A stretch of DNA of 64,000 bases from Candidatus Bathyarchaeota archaeon. GTDB lineage: Archaea > Thermoproteota > Bathyarchaeia > Bathyarchaeales > Bathycorpusculaceae. Within the stretch, counting starts at the first letter, position 1. Every line of letters starts with the position of its first letter. Positions 40,023 through 51,823 of the stretch are shown piece by piece. The notes beneath the pieces were generated by a model. It was not told the DNA's origin. It made no database searches and saw only the letters and a list, made by a program, of their open reading frames with translations. The DNA lies in the NCBI GenBank assembly GCA_963733095.1, contig CAVTBV010000009.1, positions 1 through 64,000 of the forward strand. The letters are read 5' to 3'. The translations under genes were made by a program, and so were the position numbers.

Positions 40023-40445
40023 GAACGAATTTAATCTGCACTCAAACCTTTCTTTTTCTTTTTTCAGATTGACGTTCGAGGGACAGGTAGAAAGTATAAA
40101 AAAAATGTTTTTGTTCCAATATGCAAATCGCTAATTTCATTTGTGTATAGTGCTTTGTCTTGGTGCTTAAATTGAGGCTTGTTTTGGAGTTGTGTTAATT
40201 GAAGGTAGTTTTGAGGAGTTCTAAAAAGGGGAGTCAAGGTGGCTTTCATGTTGGTAGTGTTCCTTTGAACAGATTGACACAGGTAGCTTCTGGGCGGCAA
40301 CGCTTTTGGAAGCATGAAGGTGACTGTTTGGTTATTCAATCTTCTTGAGCGAACGCTTGTGTGCAAGACTTAACAAACTTCAAATGTTCTGGCTAGAAAA
40401 AGAGTTTTAAATATAATCTCTATATTTAGGGCACGGAGAAACATA

Positions 40446-40733
40446 ATGACAATTCATATACGGCGCGTCTTAATTGAGGCTCTAAAAGCACGAGAAACCT
40501 CTCTTGTGGAACTATCACAGGCAATTTGTGCTGTAAACGGCGTTGAAGAATGCGATATCGTAGTAACTGATGTTGACGCAAAAACAGAGACAATAAAACT
40601 CACTGTTAGAGGTGCCAACATTGAGTATAGCGGAATTGTGAGTACTTTACAGGAAAACGGTGTTTCAGTTAAAGGTGTGGATGAAGTTAACGTATCAAAG
40701 GTAAAGCAGATTTCACAAAGACCAACGCTTTGA
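40446..40733 (+). CDS. DUF211-family protein
   Basis: IRRVLIE..GVEEC.I.V..VD..T..IKLTV.G..DEV pattern. Confidence 0.8.
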   Translation: MTIHIRRVLIEALKARETSLVELSQAICAVNGVEECDIVVTDVDAKTETIKLTVRGANIEYSGIVSTLQENGVSVKGVDEVNVSKVKQISQRPTL

Positions 40734-40740
40734 TCGCTAC

Positions 40741-41331
40741 TCAAATGAGTAAGTTTAAAAGAAAACCTACCACGAAAGCAAGTACTCCAAAGGCTACCAT
40801 CCTTAACCCTTTTTTATAAGGATTTGTTTTTCCGATTCGTCCCATGTAAACACCTGCACCAAATAATGTGCCCAAGGCGAGCGCTACAGAAATCCAACCA
40901 GCTATGTCAAGAGGCAATATTCCTATAACGACAAGTATAAAGGGTGTGATCGTTACAGCGCATGAGAACATGGGTGTTGCAAAGTTGATTAACGTGGCGA
41001 TTATTATAGTATATTTGGCGGTTTTTTGGATGCTTGTATCTTTTAGATTAGTAAAAAGTGCCTTTTCGAGATCCGCGATTTTACTTTCTTGTTCTAAGCT
41101 CTCTGCTTCATAGACACTTACACCTGTTGATATGCCCAAGGCAAGACTTGTTGTTAGCATAGTTGGTATGATTATATTCAAGCCAGCTGCTGCACCTGCG
41201 AACGCTGAACCAACGACTATTCCAAGTAGCATGAAAGTAGAGTCAAATATTGTGTTAATAAAGAACCTGCGAATTATAGGACCAACGCTTTCATGTTTAA
41301 GCGTTTCTCGTAAAATTTTCAACTGCTGCAT
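40741..41331 (-). CDS. VIT1/CCC1-like membrane protein
   Basis: RRFFINTIFD, GISTGVSVYEAE. Confidence 0.8.
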   Translation of the reverse strand: MQQLKILRETLKHESVGPIIRRFFINTIFDSTFMLLGIVVGSAFAGAAAGLNIIIPTMLTTSLALGISTGVSVYEAESLEQESKIADLEKALFTNLKDTSIQKTAKYTIIIATLINFATPMFSCAVTITPFILVVIGILPLDIAGWISVALALGTLFGAGVYMGRIGKTNPYKKGLRMVAFGVLAFVVGFLLNLLI

Positions 41332-41601
41332 TTTTTTCGTTAGTAACCAAGTTTAACGAAGTAATAAGTGCTCTGCTTAGTTTACGTTTCTTGTTGTTCT
41401 CCCAACATCAAAACACTCATTGACATAAGCAGGTCTACCTTCCGTAGGGCTGAGATTCTGACAGAATGGAAATAAAGCTGCATAGAAATACAGAATAACC
41501 AAAACCTGGTTCTTTCCCCACTGAAAAGACATCAATGTCAGGTAGTCTTTCTCCGAATTGGCGTAAGATAATAATGATTTTATAAACTCAGGAATAATAC
41601 T

Positions 41602-42195
41602 ATGACTATGCGCAAGCCATCAAATACTGAATTAAAAAAAGAGTTGTCACCAAAACAACGTGAAGAACTACTCAGAACATTGAAAACCCGTTTTGAGAAA
41701 AACATGAATCGCCATAGAGGTCTTGAATGGGCTAAAGTACAAACAAAACTGGAGGCAAATACTGAAAAACTGTGGTCCCTCAACGAAATGGAAAGAACTG
41801 GCGGCGAACCAGATGTTGTTGGCCATAACATAAAGACGTGCGAATACATTTTTTATGACTGTTCAGCGGAAAGTCCTAAAGGCCGCAGAAATGTTTGCTA
41901 CGACCATGAAGGGCAACAGGAGAGGGAAAAGAAAGGTATCCATCCAGAGGGAAACGCAGTTGATATGGCAGCTACCATGGGCATTGAGCTCTTAACGGAA
42001 GAACAATACCGGGAATTGCAGAAACTTGGAAATTTCGATACCAAAACCCAGAGCTGGGTGAAAACACCTTCTGATATTAGAAAACTCGGCGGCGCCATCT
42101 ATGCTGATCGCCGCTACGACCATGTCTTCGTGTACCATAACAGTGCACCCTCTTTCTACTGCGTAAGAGCGTTCCGTGGCTCACTAAGGGTTTAA
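41602..42195 (+). CDS. DUF4256-family protein
   Basis: LKTRFEKNMNRH, MERTGGEPDVV, ESPKGRR, FRGSLRV. Confidence 0.85.
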   Translation: MTMRKPSNTELKKELSPKQREELLRTLKTRFEKNMNRHRGLEWAKVQTKLEANTEKLWSLNEMERTGGEPDVVGHNIKTCEYIFYDCSAESPKGRRNVCYDHEGQQEREKKGIHPEGNAVDMAATMGIELLTEEQYRELQKLGNFDTKTQSWVKTPSDIRKLGGAIYADRRYDHVFVYHNSAPSFYCVRAFRGSLRV

Positions 42196-42375
42196 CGCGT
42201 CAGCGGGACGTCAATTTCTTTAAAAAGTTAGCCGATTAACTATAAGTCAGGGTCCTAAGGACTCTCTCTCAAAAAGAGAGATTCTGGCAATATTTATATG
42301 TTGGGGGAATAACACTGTTATAGTGGAAGAAGAGTTTCTTCTCAAAAAAATGATAAAAATAAAGGAAATAAGAAA

Positions 42376-45223
42376 ATGAAAAACAACCGAAATAAAACTA
42401 TAACTATTGCAATTGCTATTCTTTTGACTATTTCAATGGCAACTTCTACAAGTCTTATGCCAAAAGTTAGCGCGCACGATCCCGGATACCAGATTCCAAC
42501 GTTTGCTTACATTGCGGTTCATCCTGACCCAATCGGTGTCGGCCAGACAGTTAACGTTTTCATGTGGCTCAACCAAATCTTCGGAGTAGGCTTGGGTGAC
42601 TCAAGCAGCTATGCACTACTATCCAACAGCTACAGATTCCACAACTACAATTTCACTATCGTTGCTCCAGACGGCACTGTTAAAACTACAATTTTCGAAA
42701 CTGTTTCAGACACTACCTCAAACCAAATAACAAGTTTCACTCCCGACCAAACTGGTACATACACTTTAATGTTCAATTTCCCAGGACAAACATACACAGC
42801 AAGCAACGGTAATCCAAACAGTATAATGGTCAACGACACATATCTACCAAGCAGCGCATCAACAACACTTACTGTTCAATCAGAAGCAGTTCCAGGTGCT
42901 ATAGGTAGTTCTCCGTTGCCGACCGCTTACTGGACACGTCCAATCTACGGTGAAAACAGTGACTGGTGGACTATTTCCTCAAACTGGCTGGGCGCAGGCT
43001 CAGCGGTTAACCCCGCAGTAGGTTCAGGCGTAGTCTCAAGTTTCTCTACAGGACCACCAACAAACATGTGGGGAGCAATCATGAGTCGAAATCCCGGTGA
43101 CGCAATAGGGTCCCTGACTAGCCACGTAATGTGGACTAAGCCGATTCAAAGTGGCGGAGTCGTCGGAGGCAACGCGTTCTATGAAGGCGGTGGATATCCA
43201 GGAAACGGTCAAGGAGTCGGCTACTACGAAGGAACTGCATACGAACAACGCTACATCAACCCGATAATTATGGACGGTATCCTCTACTACATGGGAGTAT
43301 TAGGATTCGATGCTCCAAGCTATGGACCATTAACAGCTCTTAATCTGCAAACTGGACAAGTTGTTTGGACCAGCAATACATTGCCAGCGCCATCATTTGG
43401 CTACATATACAACCTTTGGAACCCTGATGAACACGGAACTTTCCCACCAATACTGATTTGCCCAAGCGGAGCTTTATGGGATGATGGTTGATGGATTCAC
43501 TGGAACCGTACTGTTTAACGTGACTGGTGTTCCCTCAGGCTACGTCGCAGCAGGCCCATCAGGCGAACAACTACGATACGTCTTACAGAACAAAGGTACA
43601 ACCGCAAACCCGAACTGGTACTTGGCAGAATGGAATTCATCAAGAATCTGGCAATACGACATTAACCCATTCACAGGTGCAGGAAGTGTTTCACCAGCAA
43701 TCATCAATGCAAGCACCGCATCATCATTAGTTACAATATTCCCAGCTTCCAACCAAGCAGCCGCTCAAAATACGCTCATTGTCCAAGCAAACGTAGGATT
43801 TAACACAATTGTCCCAGGTACACTTTTGGACTCTACTAAGTACCCCTCAGAATGCACTTATGACTGGAACGTTTCAATACCCGAACTGAACAACCCTGGC
43901 GGATCATCACCTTCAGTAATTGCAGGTATGTACAACAACGTTTTGATGACCTTGAACGGAACTCTACCCGCATCGCCAAGCAGCTTTAATGGAGCAGGCA
44001 GCTATACACCTTACACCTACATGGCATTCGACCTAACCATCGGCCATGAAGGGGCATTTAAATGGATAAACACACTCCAACCAGTAGCAGGCAACGTCAC
44101 CGTTTACTATGCAGGCGTTGATCCGACAACTAACGTCTTCATAGAAGAAAACTATGAAACCTTGAATTGGGTTGGATATAGCCTGTTAACAGGACAAAAG
44201 ATATGGGGTCCAACTCCAGCTATGGAGTCGCTTGACTACTATGGTCAAACAGCGCCAAACGAATTCTGCGGTCAACTTGCCTTTGGTAACTTATACACAA
44301 GCGCATTCGGTGGAACAGTATACTGCTATAATGATTCAACTGGAGAACTGCAATGGACATACGGTAACAGCAACACACCTGGCAACAGCACTCTTGCAGG
44401 ATTTAATACACCCTACGGCGATTATCCGACGTTCATTCAGGCAGTTGGCAGCAATGGCGTGATTTACACTGTTACAACTGAGCACACTGTGATCGACCCG
44501 ATCTACAAAGGTTCATTAGCTCGGGCAATTAATGCCACAACAGGTGAAGAGATCTGGACAATTTCAGATTACACCAGCGAATTCATTCAAATGAGTTATG
44601 CTATCGCAGACGGATACAACACTTGGTTTAACGGGTATGATGGACAAATCTATGTTGTAGGCAGAGGACCGAGTCAAACAACTGTTACGGCGCCAAATGC
44701 AGGTTTAGCCTTCGGGCAGAGCGTGGTAATACGCGGTACAGTTACGGATATATCCTCTGGCACAGAGCAGACGCAGCAGGCAGCTAATTTCCCCAACGGC
44801 ATTCCAGTTGCAGCAGACGGGATTATGGGTGACTGGATGGGCTATGTCTACCAGCAGCAACCATTGCCAACTAACTTCACAGGTGTTCCAGTGGCGATCA
44901 GTGTGACAGATTCAAACGGCAATACCAGAGTTATCGGCACTACGACAACTGATGCAAGCGGCGATTACGCTCTAACATGGGTCCCTGACATCCCCGGTGA
45001 CTTTACTGTAACCGCAAACTTCGCGGGAACAAATGGTTACTGGCCATCAGCATCGACGACCTCATTTAATGTCATGGTAGCTTCAACACCTGCGCCGACA
45101 ACCTCAGTGCCTTCAGGTCTTGCGTCTACAGATACTGTGGTGTATGGCATAGTGGCAATTATAGTTGTGATGGTTATAATTGGCATTGTGTTAGCATTGC
45201 TCATGCTGAGAAAGCGGCCCTAA
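42376..45223 (+). CDS. Large secreted PQQ-like beta-propeller surface protein with a C-terminal TM (one frameshift near 43480)
   Basis: ORFs 42376-43491 and 43481-45223 join as GALW/MMVDG if one G is removed; A-x-N-x-x-TG-x-x-x-W repeats. Confidence 0.82.
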
Positions 45224-45276
45224 GCTAAAGAACCAAATAAATTTCTTCCCTTTTTTTTGTTTAAATGTATACGTTG

Positions 45277-45380
45277 AGGGCTGAGTGGGCTCTGTTTTAG
45301 TTCGCGATGCTAGTAGCCACAGTTTTGTGAGGAGCGTTTTTGCATTTTCGCTCTTTCTCCTACTATTCCAGAGCCCAGCA
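45277..45380. ncRNA. Conserved hairpin element, copy 1
   Basis: GGGCTCTG/CAGAGCCC closing stem; homolog at 49961-50052. Confidence 0.45.
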
Positions 45381-46004
45381 AACATTTTGCCTCTTCTCCT
45401 TTTTAATCAGGCTTTCAAGCTTTCCTTCAGAGAGTTTCTCCACTACCAATTCTGCTCACTACCAATCAGAGGCACGAAAGCAAACGGTTTAAAGTTGAGC
45501 ACTATTTGAAATAAGAGGCTTAATTTATCAAGTAAATCCCAGCAGGCCGTCATTATTTTAGCATTCAGAGCTTGATTTTCACTTGGATTTATGTAACTAA
45601 ATCAGTGCCGCTGTAGCTATTTTCTATAACGCTCACTCAGCACCTAAAGCAGCAACCAATTCACCCGATTAGGCGCTTCTTGCTCTAAACCTACAACGGA
45701 AAACAAGACGAAGAGTTCCCCAACATACCCCACACTCACACCCACACTACTCTGCATAGGTGCCATGTTGAGATGTATGGGCAAACATTCTTCCCACACT
45801 AAATCTGAATTAGGCAAGAGCCTAAACCAAAAAAGCAACCATATCCAAACCCCGCAGTGTAGCGTGCAAACATTAGAGCCCCACACCCACACAAAGACAA
45901 AAAAAGGCTTTTCCTGCCGCGTCTTGGTCAAATACTTGGTGGTGATTGAATGCAATTCTTGTCGGACATAACAATTATATGTTGTCTGGGAATTAACGTA
46001 GATT

Positions 46005-46811
46005 ATGGCAGGTCGCATTAAAAAAGCACAGGTGCAAATTGATGATATCGTTTTGAATAAAGGTAATGCTTTTACGGTAGTGAATATTGTTGTTCGCATC
46101 CTTAATCGTAGAAGAGTGCCTTTTCCATCAGCAGTTTACGATTTTTTCAACAAGGTAGGCAGCATCTCTGACGACGAAGACAGTGGCAGCGAAGACTTCC
46201 TCAGGGAATACATAGTACCGCAACATGGAAAGTGTCTTGTTGATGTGGGTGCAAATGTTGGTGGCTGGACTTTCTTTGTTGCCAAAAAAGGGCTTGAAGT
46301 CTACGCATTTGAGCCCATGCCTAAAGCATACAACATTTTGAAAGAGAGAGCAAAGAATTTTCCTAATGTTCACCCCTTCCCATATGCTGTAGGAGACAAG
46401 GATACTGTTGGACGTTTAGGCTTCACAGCTTTCGGTGTAACAGGAACAATGGATGAAGAAATCAACCTGCCTGGGGGCGGAACAATAGATATACCCGTAC
46501 GAAAATTAGATAGCATGAGATTACCTGAAGTGGGTGTAATCAAAATAGACACAGAGGGCTATGAAACGCCTATACTGCAAGGCGCCCGAGAGATTATTAC
46601 AAAATACAAGCCAATTTTAATCATCGAAGTTCATAAACAGACAGGTAAGGCAGCGAAAAACTTCGAGGAAGAAAAACAAAGAATCGAAAGCATTCTTAAA
46701 AATTTACACTACAACTGGATCGTATACTATCGACAGATTAGTCTACATGGTGAACTACAACCTTTCTTAATAGCAAAACCCGATATCCAAAAAACACAAC
46801 AAACCGATTGA
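46005..46811 (+). CDS. FkbM-family SAM methyltransferase
   Basis: VDVGANVG, YAFEP, IKIDTEGYE. Confidence 0.92.
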   Translation: MAGRIKKAQVQIDDIVLNKGNAFTVVNIVVRILNRRRVPFPSAVYDFFNKVGSISDDEDSGSEDFLREYIVPQHGKCLVDVGANVGGWTFFVAKKGLEVYAFEPMPKAYNILKERAKNFPNVHPFPYAVGDKDTVGRLGFTAFGVTGTMDEEINLPGGGTIDIPVRKLDSMRLPEVGVIKIDTEGYETPILQGAREIITKYKPILIIEVHKQTGKAAKNFEEEKQRIESILKNLHYNWIVYYRQISLHGELQPFLIAKPDIQKTQQTD

Positions 46812-46877
46812 AAACTGAAAATCCATCCACTATAATATCTATGAAGCAATTCTGTTTTAATAAAAAGACATTTTTGA

Positions 46878-47858
46878 TCAGAAAGTAGTTATGTGCTGCA
46901 TGGGAGTTGGCCATCTAATGGGGATTTTTCTTGTGCTGACTTCAATTTTGGTGATTCCGCAAACTCGGGCAATTTCATCCTGAATATCAAATGATTGAGC
47001 TATATCTCTAACCATCGCGGTCAAATGAAGATCGTAATCGCCACTGGTTTTCGTAATAATGATTACATCAGGAATTCTTGATAATGATTCAACTATAGTC
47101 TCTGTTAAACCTTCGGAGGCAGTAAAAGCTATGCTAAAATCCATTATCGCACTGTACCCAATTACGTTTGGATTTATCTGTATTGAAACTTTTATTGCTC
47201 CGTTTTCTTCGAGTTTTCGATACCTTTGTACTACTGTATCGGTTGATAGACCGATATCCTTGGCTATTTTCGTGAATGACATCCGCCCGTTTATGGCTAA
47301 TTTTTGCATTATTTGCCTATCTACATCATCGATTTCAACTTCGTTAGTCACCCTGTTGACTACGGAGGTAAGGCGCTGTTGTCCAATTTCAACAGTATTT
47401 CTGTTACGGGTAAAGTTCAAGTTTTCAGGATTATTTCTAACCCCCGCCCAAATGTAGGTCTTTAACCCTGTAATGGGCAATTTCCACTTAATCATCTGCT
47501 TTACATGGTCTAATTCATTTAGATCTTTTAAGGTAGCCACAGCTCTAACATTATAAATACTGTTGTACTGTCGATACGCACGTACCTCTGTTATTTTATC
47601 TGTAAATCCCATGGCCTGTTCCATCTGCTGGGACTCTATGCTAATTAGTATAGTTGCTAGTGCTGCGTCACCAAATTGCGCAAAATTTATTTGAACAGTA
47701 GCTCCTGTGATGATGCCTTTCTTCTCCATAGCTTTGCAGCGTTTCCAGACCTTGTTTTTTGGCTCTCCACATGCTTTAGCTATAGAATCGTAGCCTGTTC
47801 TCCCATCCGTTAACAAGATTTTCAGGATTCTTGAATCAAGCTCACTTACTTTGGGCAC
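46878..47858 (-). CDS. Tandem-domain Lrp/AsnC regulator
   Basis: Two HTH plus RAM units (LDSRIL..DGR; IDDVDRQI..NGRMSF). Confidence 0.9.
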   Translation of the reverse strand: MPKVSELDSRILKILLTDGRTGYDSIAKACGEPKNKVWKRCKAMEKKGIITGATVQINFAQFGDAALATILISIESQQMEQAMGFTDKITEVRAYRQYNSIYNVRAVATLKDLNELDHVKQMIKWKLPITGLKTYIWAGVRNNPENLNFTRNRNTVEIGQQRLTSVVNRVTNEVEIDDVDRQIMQKLAINGRMSFTKIAKDIGLSTDTVVQRYRKLEENGAIKVSIQINPNVIGYSAIMDFSIAFTASEGLTETIVESLSRIPDVIIITKTSGDYDLHLTAMVRDIAQSFDIQDEIARVCGITKIEVSTRKIPIRWPTPMQHITTF

Positions 47859-47992
47859 GCATTTCCCCTCTTCTAGGTTTGTTAAGGTATGACATTTAAG
47901 ACTACTTGTTTCCGTTATTTTTTTCCACTGAAATTCCCTAAATACTTATTTTTTTGCTAATTTATTCGAGGAATTGCTTCTTGATTAATTGG

Positions 47993-48931
47993 CTAAAAAG
48001 TCGAAATGTATTGACGAGGACTAGGCCACTTCTTCATTTCTACACTAAGTTCCAAGAGTTCCAAGTCGATTTTAACTATTCCAGGAATCTGTCCAATCTG
48101 CTTTTGAATGTACAGTAGCTGACCAATATCCTGTACAAATGCGTATATTTGTAAATCAAAATCTCCAGATGTTTTCATAATGCTTAGGACGTTGGGTATC
48201 CTGCTGACTTTGTCAACAATCAAATTTGAGTTTTCGCTTGATGTAGTTGTGAAGAAAATACACATCGCTCGGTATCCAATTTTAGTAGGATTAACTTGAA
48301 TTGTGACTTTTAATGTGCCATTTTCCTTTAGTTTTTTATACCTTCTTTTGGCAGTCTCTGTTGAGACTCCAATTTCTTTCCCAAGGACACTCATGGATAT
48401 TCGACCATCCTCGGCAAGTTTATCGGCTATTTTTTGGTCGATTTCATTTATAGGCCTATTTTGTGAATCTTTTTTTTCGTTTAGGACATTTTCATGATGG
48501 TTCATTGCTGCTTTTTTGTAGTCAGCTGGAATTATTGCCAAGTTTTCGTTCATTTCTTTTACGTCTGTCCAGATTGCAGTTTTCATCTCTAAAATCGAGA
48601 AGCGCCTTTTAATTGAGTCCTTAATTTCGTTTAGTTGTTCTAAGGTTTTGAGGATTACTAATGTGTCTATGTTTCCTTTAACGCCCCTATTGTAGTAGGC
48701 GTAAAGCTCTGGCATTTTTTGTAAGTATTCGGCAAGCTTGTCTTCTTGTTGGGGGTCTACGTTGATTAGAATGTGGGCAACCGCTTTATAACCGAAACTT
48801 TTGTAATTGATGTGGATTGTGGCACCCGTAATTACGCCCATTTCTTCCATTTGACGATAATTTGTCTTTACTTCTTCCTTTGTTAAGCCTAGTTTTTTTG
48901 CGATTTCGCTTTCGGTTTTGCGTCCATCCAC
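47993..48931 (-). CDS. Tandem-domain Lrp/AsnC regulator (paralog)
   Basis: Same architecture, ends WPSPRQYISTF; the open frame extends about 17 codons upstream without a canonical start. Confidence 0.88.
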   Translation of the reverse strand: MDGRKTESEIAKKLGLTKEEVKTNYRQMEEMGVITGATIHINYKSFGYKAVAHILINVDPQQEDKLAEYLQKMPELYAYYNRGVKGNIDTLVILKTLEQLNEIKDSIKRRFSILEMKTAIWTDVKEMNENLAIIPADYKKAAMNHHENVLNEKKDSQNRPINEIDQKIADKLAEDGRISMSVLGKEIGVSTETAKRRYKKLKENGTLKVTIQVNPTKIGYRAMCIFFTTTSSENSNLIVDKVSRIPNVLSIMKTSGDFDLQIYAFVQDIGQLLYIQKQIGQIPGIVKIDLELLELSVEMKKWPSPRQYISTF

Positions 48932-49074
48932 TATTAGCTCTTTAAGGACTTTTGCTTGGATTGCTGTAACTTGATTTGTTAAGATTGATACCTCTTGTTA
49001 AAGCGTTCATAAATGTTATTTTACTATATTTAATTTTTCGCGTATTTAGTTTTTACTAAGCGGGCGGCAACATC

Positions 49075-49899
49075 AACAGACTCTGGACTTGAAACACCAT
49101 TTGCACACTATCCAACATTCGTTAACGCCATCGGCAGCGAAATAGTCTACACAGTCACCACTGAACACACACCCCAAACACCCTTATTCAAAGGTGGATT
49201 ACAACGTGCCATCAACGCTACCACCGGACAAGAACTTTAGAGCATATCAGGCTACACCGGTGAATTCATGACCTTCAGTTATGCTATGGCAGACGGCTAC
49301 AATAAATTGTTTAACGGCTACGACAACCAAATCTGCGTTGTCGGCAGAGGACCAAGCGCAACTACCGTCTCAGCGCACACGCAGGTTTAGCGTTCATGCA
49401 AATAGTCGTTATCAGCGGCTCAGTTACTGATGTTGCAACTGGCACAACCCAAACACAAGTAGCAGGCAACTTCCCCAACGGTGTCCCAGGCTCTTCTGAC
49501 GCAAGTATGAGCGAATGGATGGGATATGTCTACCAACAGCAACCAGAACCCACAAACTTCACAGGTGTTCCAGTCACAATAGCTGTCACCGATTCAAACG
49601 GAAACTGCTAAGACATTGGCACTGCAACAATAGATGCAAGCGGAACCTATGGCATTACCTGGGTACCAACAATCGCCGGTAACTACACTGTCACAGCAAC
49701 CTTCGCTGGCACCAACGGTTACTATCCTATAATGCAGAAGACCGCTTCACCGTCATGGAACAACCAGCAGCAACCACCGCTCCACACCAGTACCTGCCTC
49801 ATCTGTTGATGCATACTTCGTTCCTGCAGTCATCGGCATAATCTTAGCTATCATCATAGTCGGCGCCTTTGCTGTTCTTTTGCTTAGAAAACTAGCATA
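49075..49899 (+). pseudogene. Decayed C-terminal half of a PQQ-like surface protein paralog
   Basis: YPTFVNA, VTTEH, WMGYVYQQQP, GVPVTIAVTDSNGN; multiple stops and frameshifts. Confidence 0.85.
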
Positions 49900-49960
49900 A
49901 AACACAAAAACAAAAACAATCCCTCCCCTTTTTTAGTCCCTAAATCAGTGGAGAAGAGTT

Positions 49961-50052
49961 AGGGCTGAGTAGGCTCTGACATATTCGCAAAATAGCCATA
50001 GTCAAAAGAGCTTTTGCATTTGCTCTTTTCTCCTTTAAGCCAGAGCCTCAGC
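49961..50052. ncRNA. Conserved hairpin element, copy 2
   Basis: AGGCTCTG/CAGAGCCT closing stem, compensatory relative to copy 1. Confidence 0.45.
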
Positions 50053-50111
50053 ATACCCAACACCTTGGTATCACTAATTATCAAATGCGTCCAGCATGGC
50101 CATTATCGCTA

Positions 50112-51587
50112 CTAAAACAAGTTTTTGATGTATTTTATGATGAGTTGGGGCTGGTTAATTGCTATTTTAAGCGCTTTTCGAGGGTGCTGTAGGTGGCCTA
50201 ATAGTGATAGTTTCTTGTATTCATCTAAAGCTTTAGCGGCAATCTCCTTGACTTCTGCTGGTGTAAACTCGTCGGTTGTTATCAGCGGCATGCCCTTGGG
50301 TTGTCTAGCTTCCGCAAAAGCGTTCCATGTAAGGTCTTGTTTGATGTAGCCTTTTGTTCTACATTCCTCGTAGAGTCTTGTGCCGTAGGAAGGCGTCGCC
50401 ATGAACAAGTGCATCCCAACATCGTATTTGCGTTTAAGTTCAAGCGCAAAATCCACTGTTTTCCGCATGTTCTCTTTTGTTTCGCCTGGAAAACCGATTA
50501 TGTAGAAGGCGCCTGTTTTTAAACCGATTTGCTTAGCGTCTTTTGCGAATTGAACCACGTGGTTTAGGTCGAGGCTCTTGCAAATAACCTTATCCAGGAT
50601 TTGTTGATCTCCTGACTCCACTCCGACAAATATGCTGTTGGCGCCTGAATGCTTCATTTTTTTGAGAAGATCCAGGTTTAAACAGTCTGCTCGTACACCG
50701 TTGGGGGTCTCCCAACCAATCCTTATCTTCCGCTCAATTATTCCGTCACAGATTGCTTCAAACCGTTTTATGTCCAGTGTTAAGTTGTCGTCTTCAAAAA
50801 AGATGTTTTTAACCTTAAACTTGTCAACGACGTATTGAATGTGATCTAAAACGTACTTTGCCGAGTGTGCACGGAATTTTTGTCCCATGTGCAAGTGGAC
50901 AGCGCAGAAGCAGCAGTTAAATGGGCAGCCGCGGCTTGTAATCATAGATATGGCTCGGTCTTGGAAGCTGCGGTAACCAATCTTTTTGGGAGTAAGATAC
51001 TGCTCCATATCTACCAGGTTATAGGCTGGGAAGGGTAAATCGTCTAGATTCTCAATAAGTGGTCTGGCTGGGTTTACCACAACTTTCTCGTTTTGGCGGT
51101 ATGCGATGCCTTGAATTTGGCTTAGCTGTTTTCTGCCCTCGAACGCTTGAACAATCTCAAGCATGGCATATTCGCCCTCGCCGATGACAGCTATGTCGAC
51201 GTTCTTTGCTTCCTCCAAGAACTCTTGTGGAATCAAAGTGATGTGTGGACCGCCCATAACCGTCAAAATTCTTGGGTTGACTTCTTTGGCTAAATTGCTG
51301 ACTTTAATAGAGTTTTCTATCTGGCATGTAAATGGTCCAGATATGCCGACAATGTCTGGTTTCCTTTCGGTTATTTCTTGTTTAATCTGCTCAAAGGGCA
51401 TCCCAACGCTTATGGAGTCACTGTTTTTTTGGAATGTTGCCGCCATGAACGCGTCTAAAATCTCAACCTTCGCTTCCGCTCTCTGGAGTACGGCTGCTAT
51501 GTACATCAAGCCTATTGGCAGGTTGCCTGCGGGCTGTTCTGAGCCTGGATAGAACGTCTGCGGCGGATTGATTAGAAGCACTTTCAT
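50112..51587 (-). CDS. B12-binding radical SAM protein
   Basis: GGPH, GEGE, TSRGCPFNCCFC, GVESG. Confidence 0.95.
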   Translation of the reverse strand: MKVLLINPPQTFYPGSEQPAGNLPIGLMYIAAVLQRAEAKVEILDAFMAATFQKNSDSISVGMPFEQIKQEITERKPDIVGISGPFTCQIENSIKVSNLAKEVNPRILTVMGGPHITLIPQEFLEEAKNVDIAVIGEGEYAMLEIVQAFEGRKQLSQIQGIAYRQNEKVVVNPARPLIENLDDLPFPAYNLVDMEQYLTPKKIGYRSFQDRAISMITSRGCPFNCCFCAVHLHMGQKFRAHSAKYVLDHIQYVVDKFKVKNIFFEDDNLTLDIKRFEAICDGIIERKIRIGWETPNGVRADCLNLDLLKKMKHSGANSIFVGVESGDQQILDKVICKSLDLNHVVQFAKDAKQIGLKTGAFYIIGFPGETKENMRKTVDFALELKRKYDVGMHLFMATPSYGTRLYEECRTKGYIKQDLTWNAFAEARQPKGMPLITTDEFTPAEVKEIAAKALDEYKKLSLLGHLQHPRKALKIAINQPQLIIKYIKNLF

Positions 51588-51823
51588 TGGTGTACCAGTG
51601 ATTAGTTAGTTGATTTGCTGGAGATATTTAAATTAACTTATGATGCACTTTAATCGTCAACCATGGTATCGTAAGCTGTTTTATGTCTAATTACCCGTCT
51701 TGAACCGATTTTTTCGATACTTAGTTAGCATGTTATAGCTATGCCACTACAACATAAGTTTAAGAGCGGTTGTTCGGCATTATTCTTGTCAAATTTTGCG
51801 TAGTAAAATAGGAGGTGAATTTT

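Noticed and set aside
45277-45380. c-di-GMP (GEMM) riboswitch on the minus strand
   Set aside because: The resemblance is only superficial in copy 1. The key GCAAA/GNRA features are not kept in copy 2, and no gene lies downstream in the right orientation.
45644-46099. ORFs 45644-46099(-) and 45765-45971(+), or a transposase remnant
   Set aside because: Low-complexity translations and several stops in the candidate frame; too weak to call.
42376-49899. PQQ gene plus decayed copy as a DGR target/template pair
   Set aside because: No reverse transcriptase in the window, and the differences include indels and are not adenine-specific.
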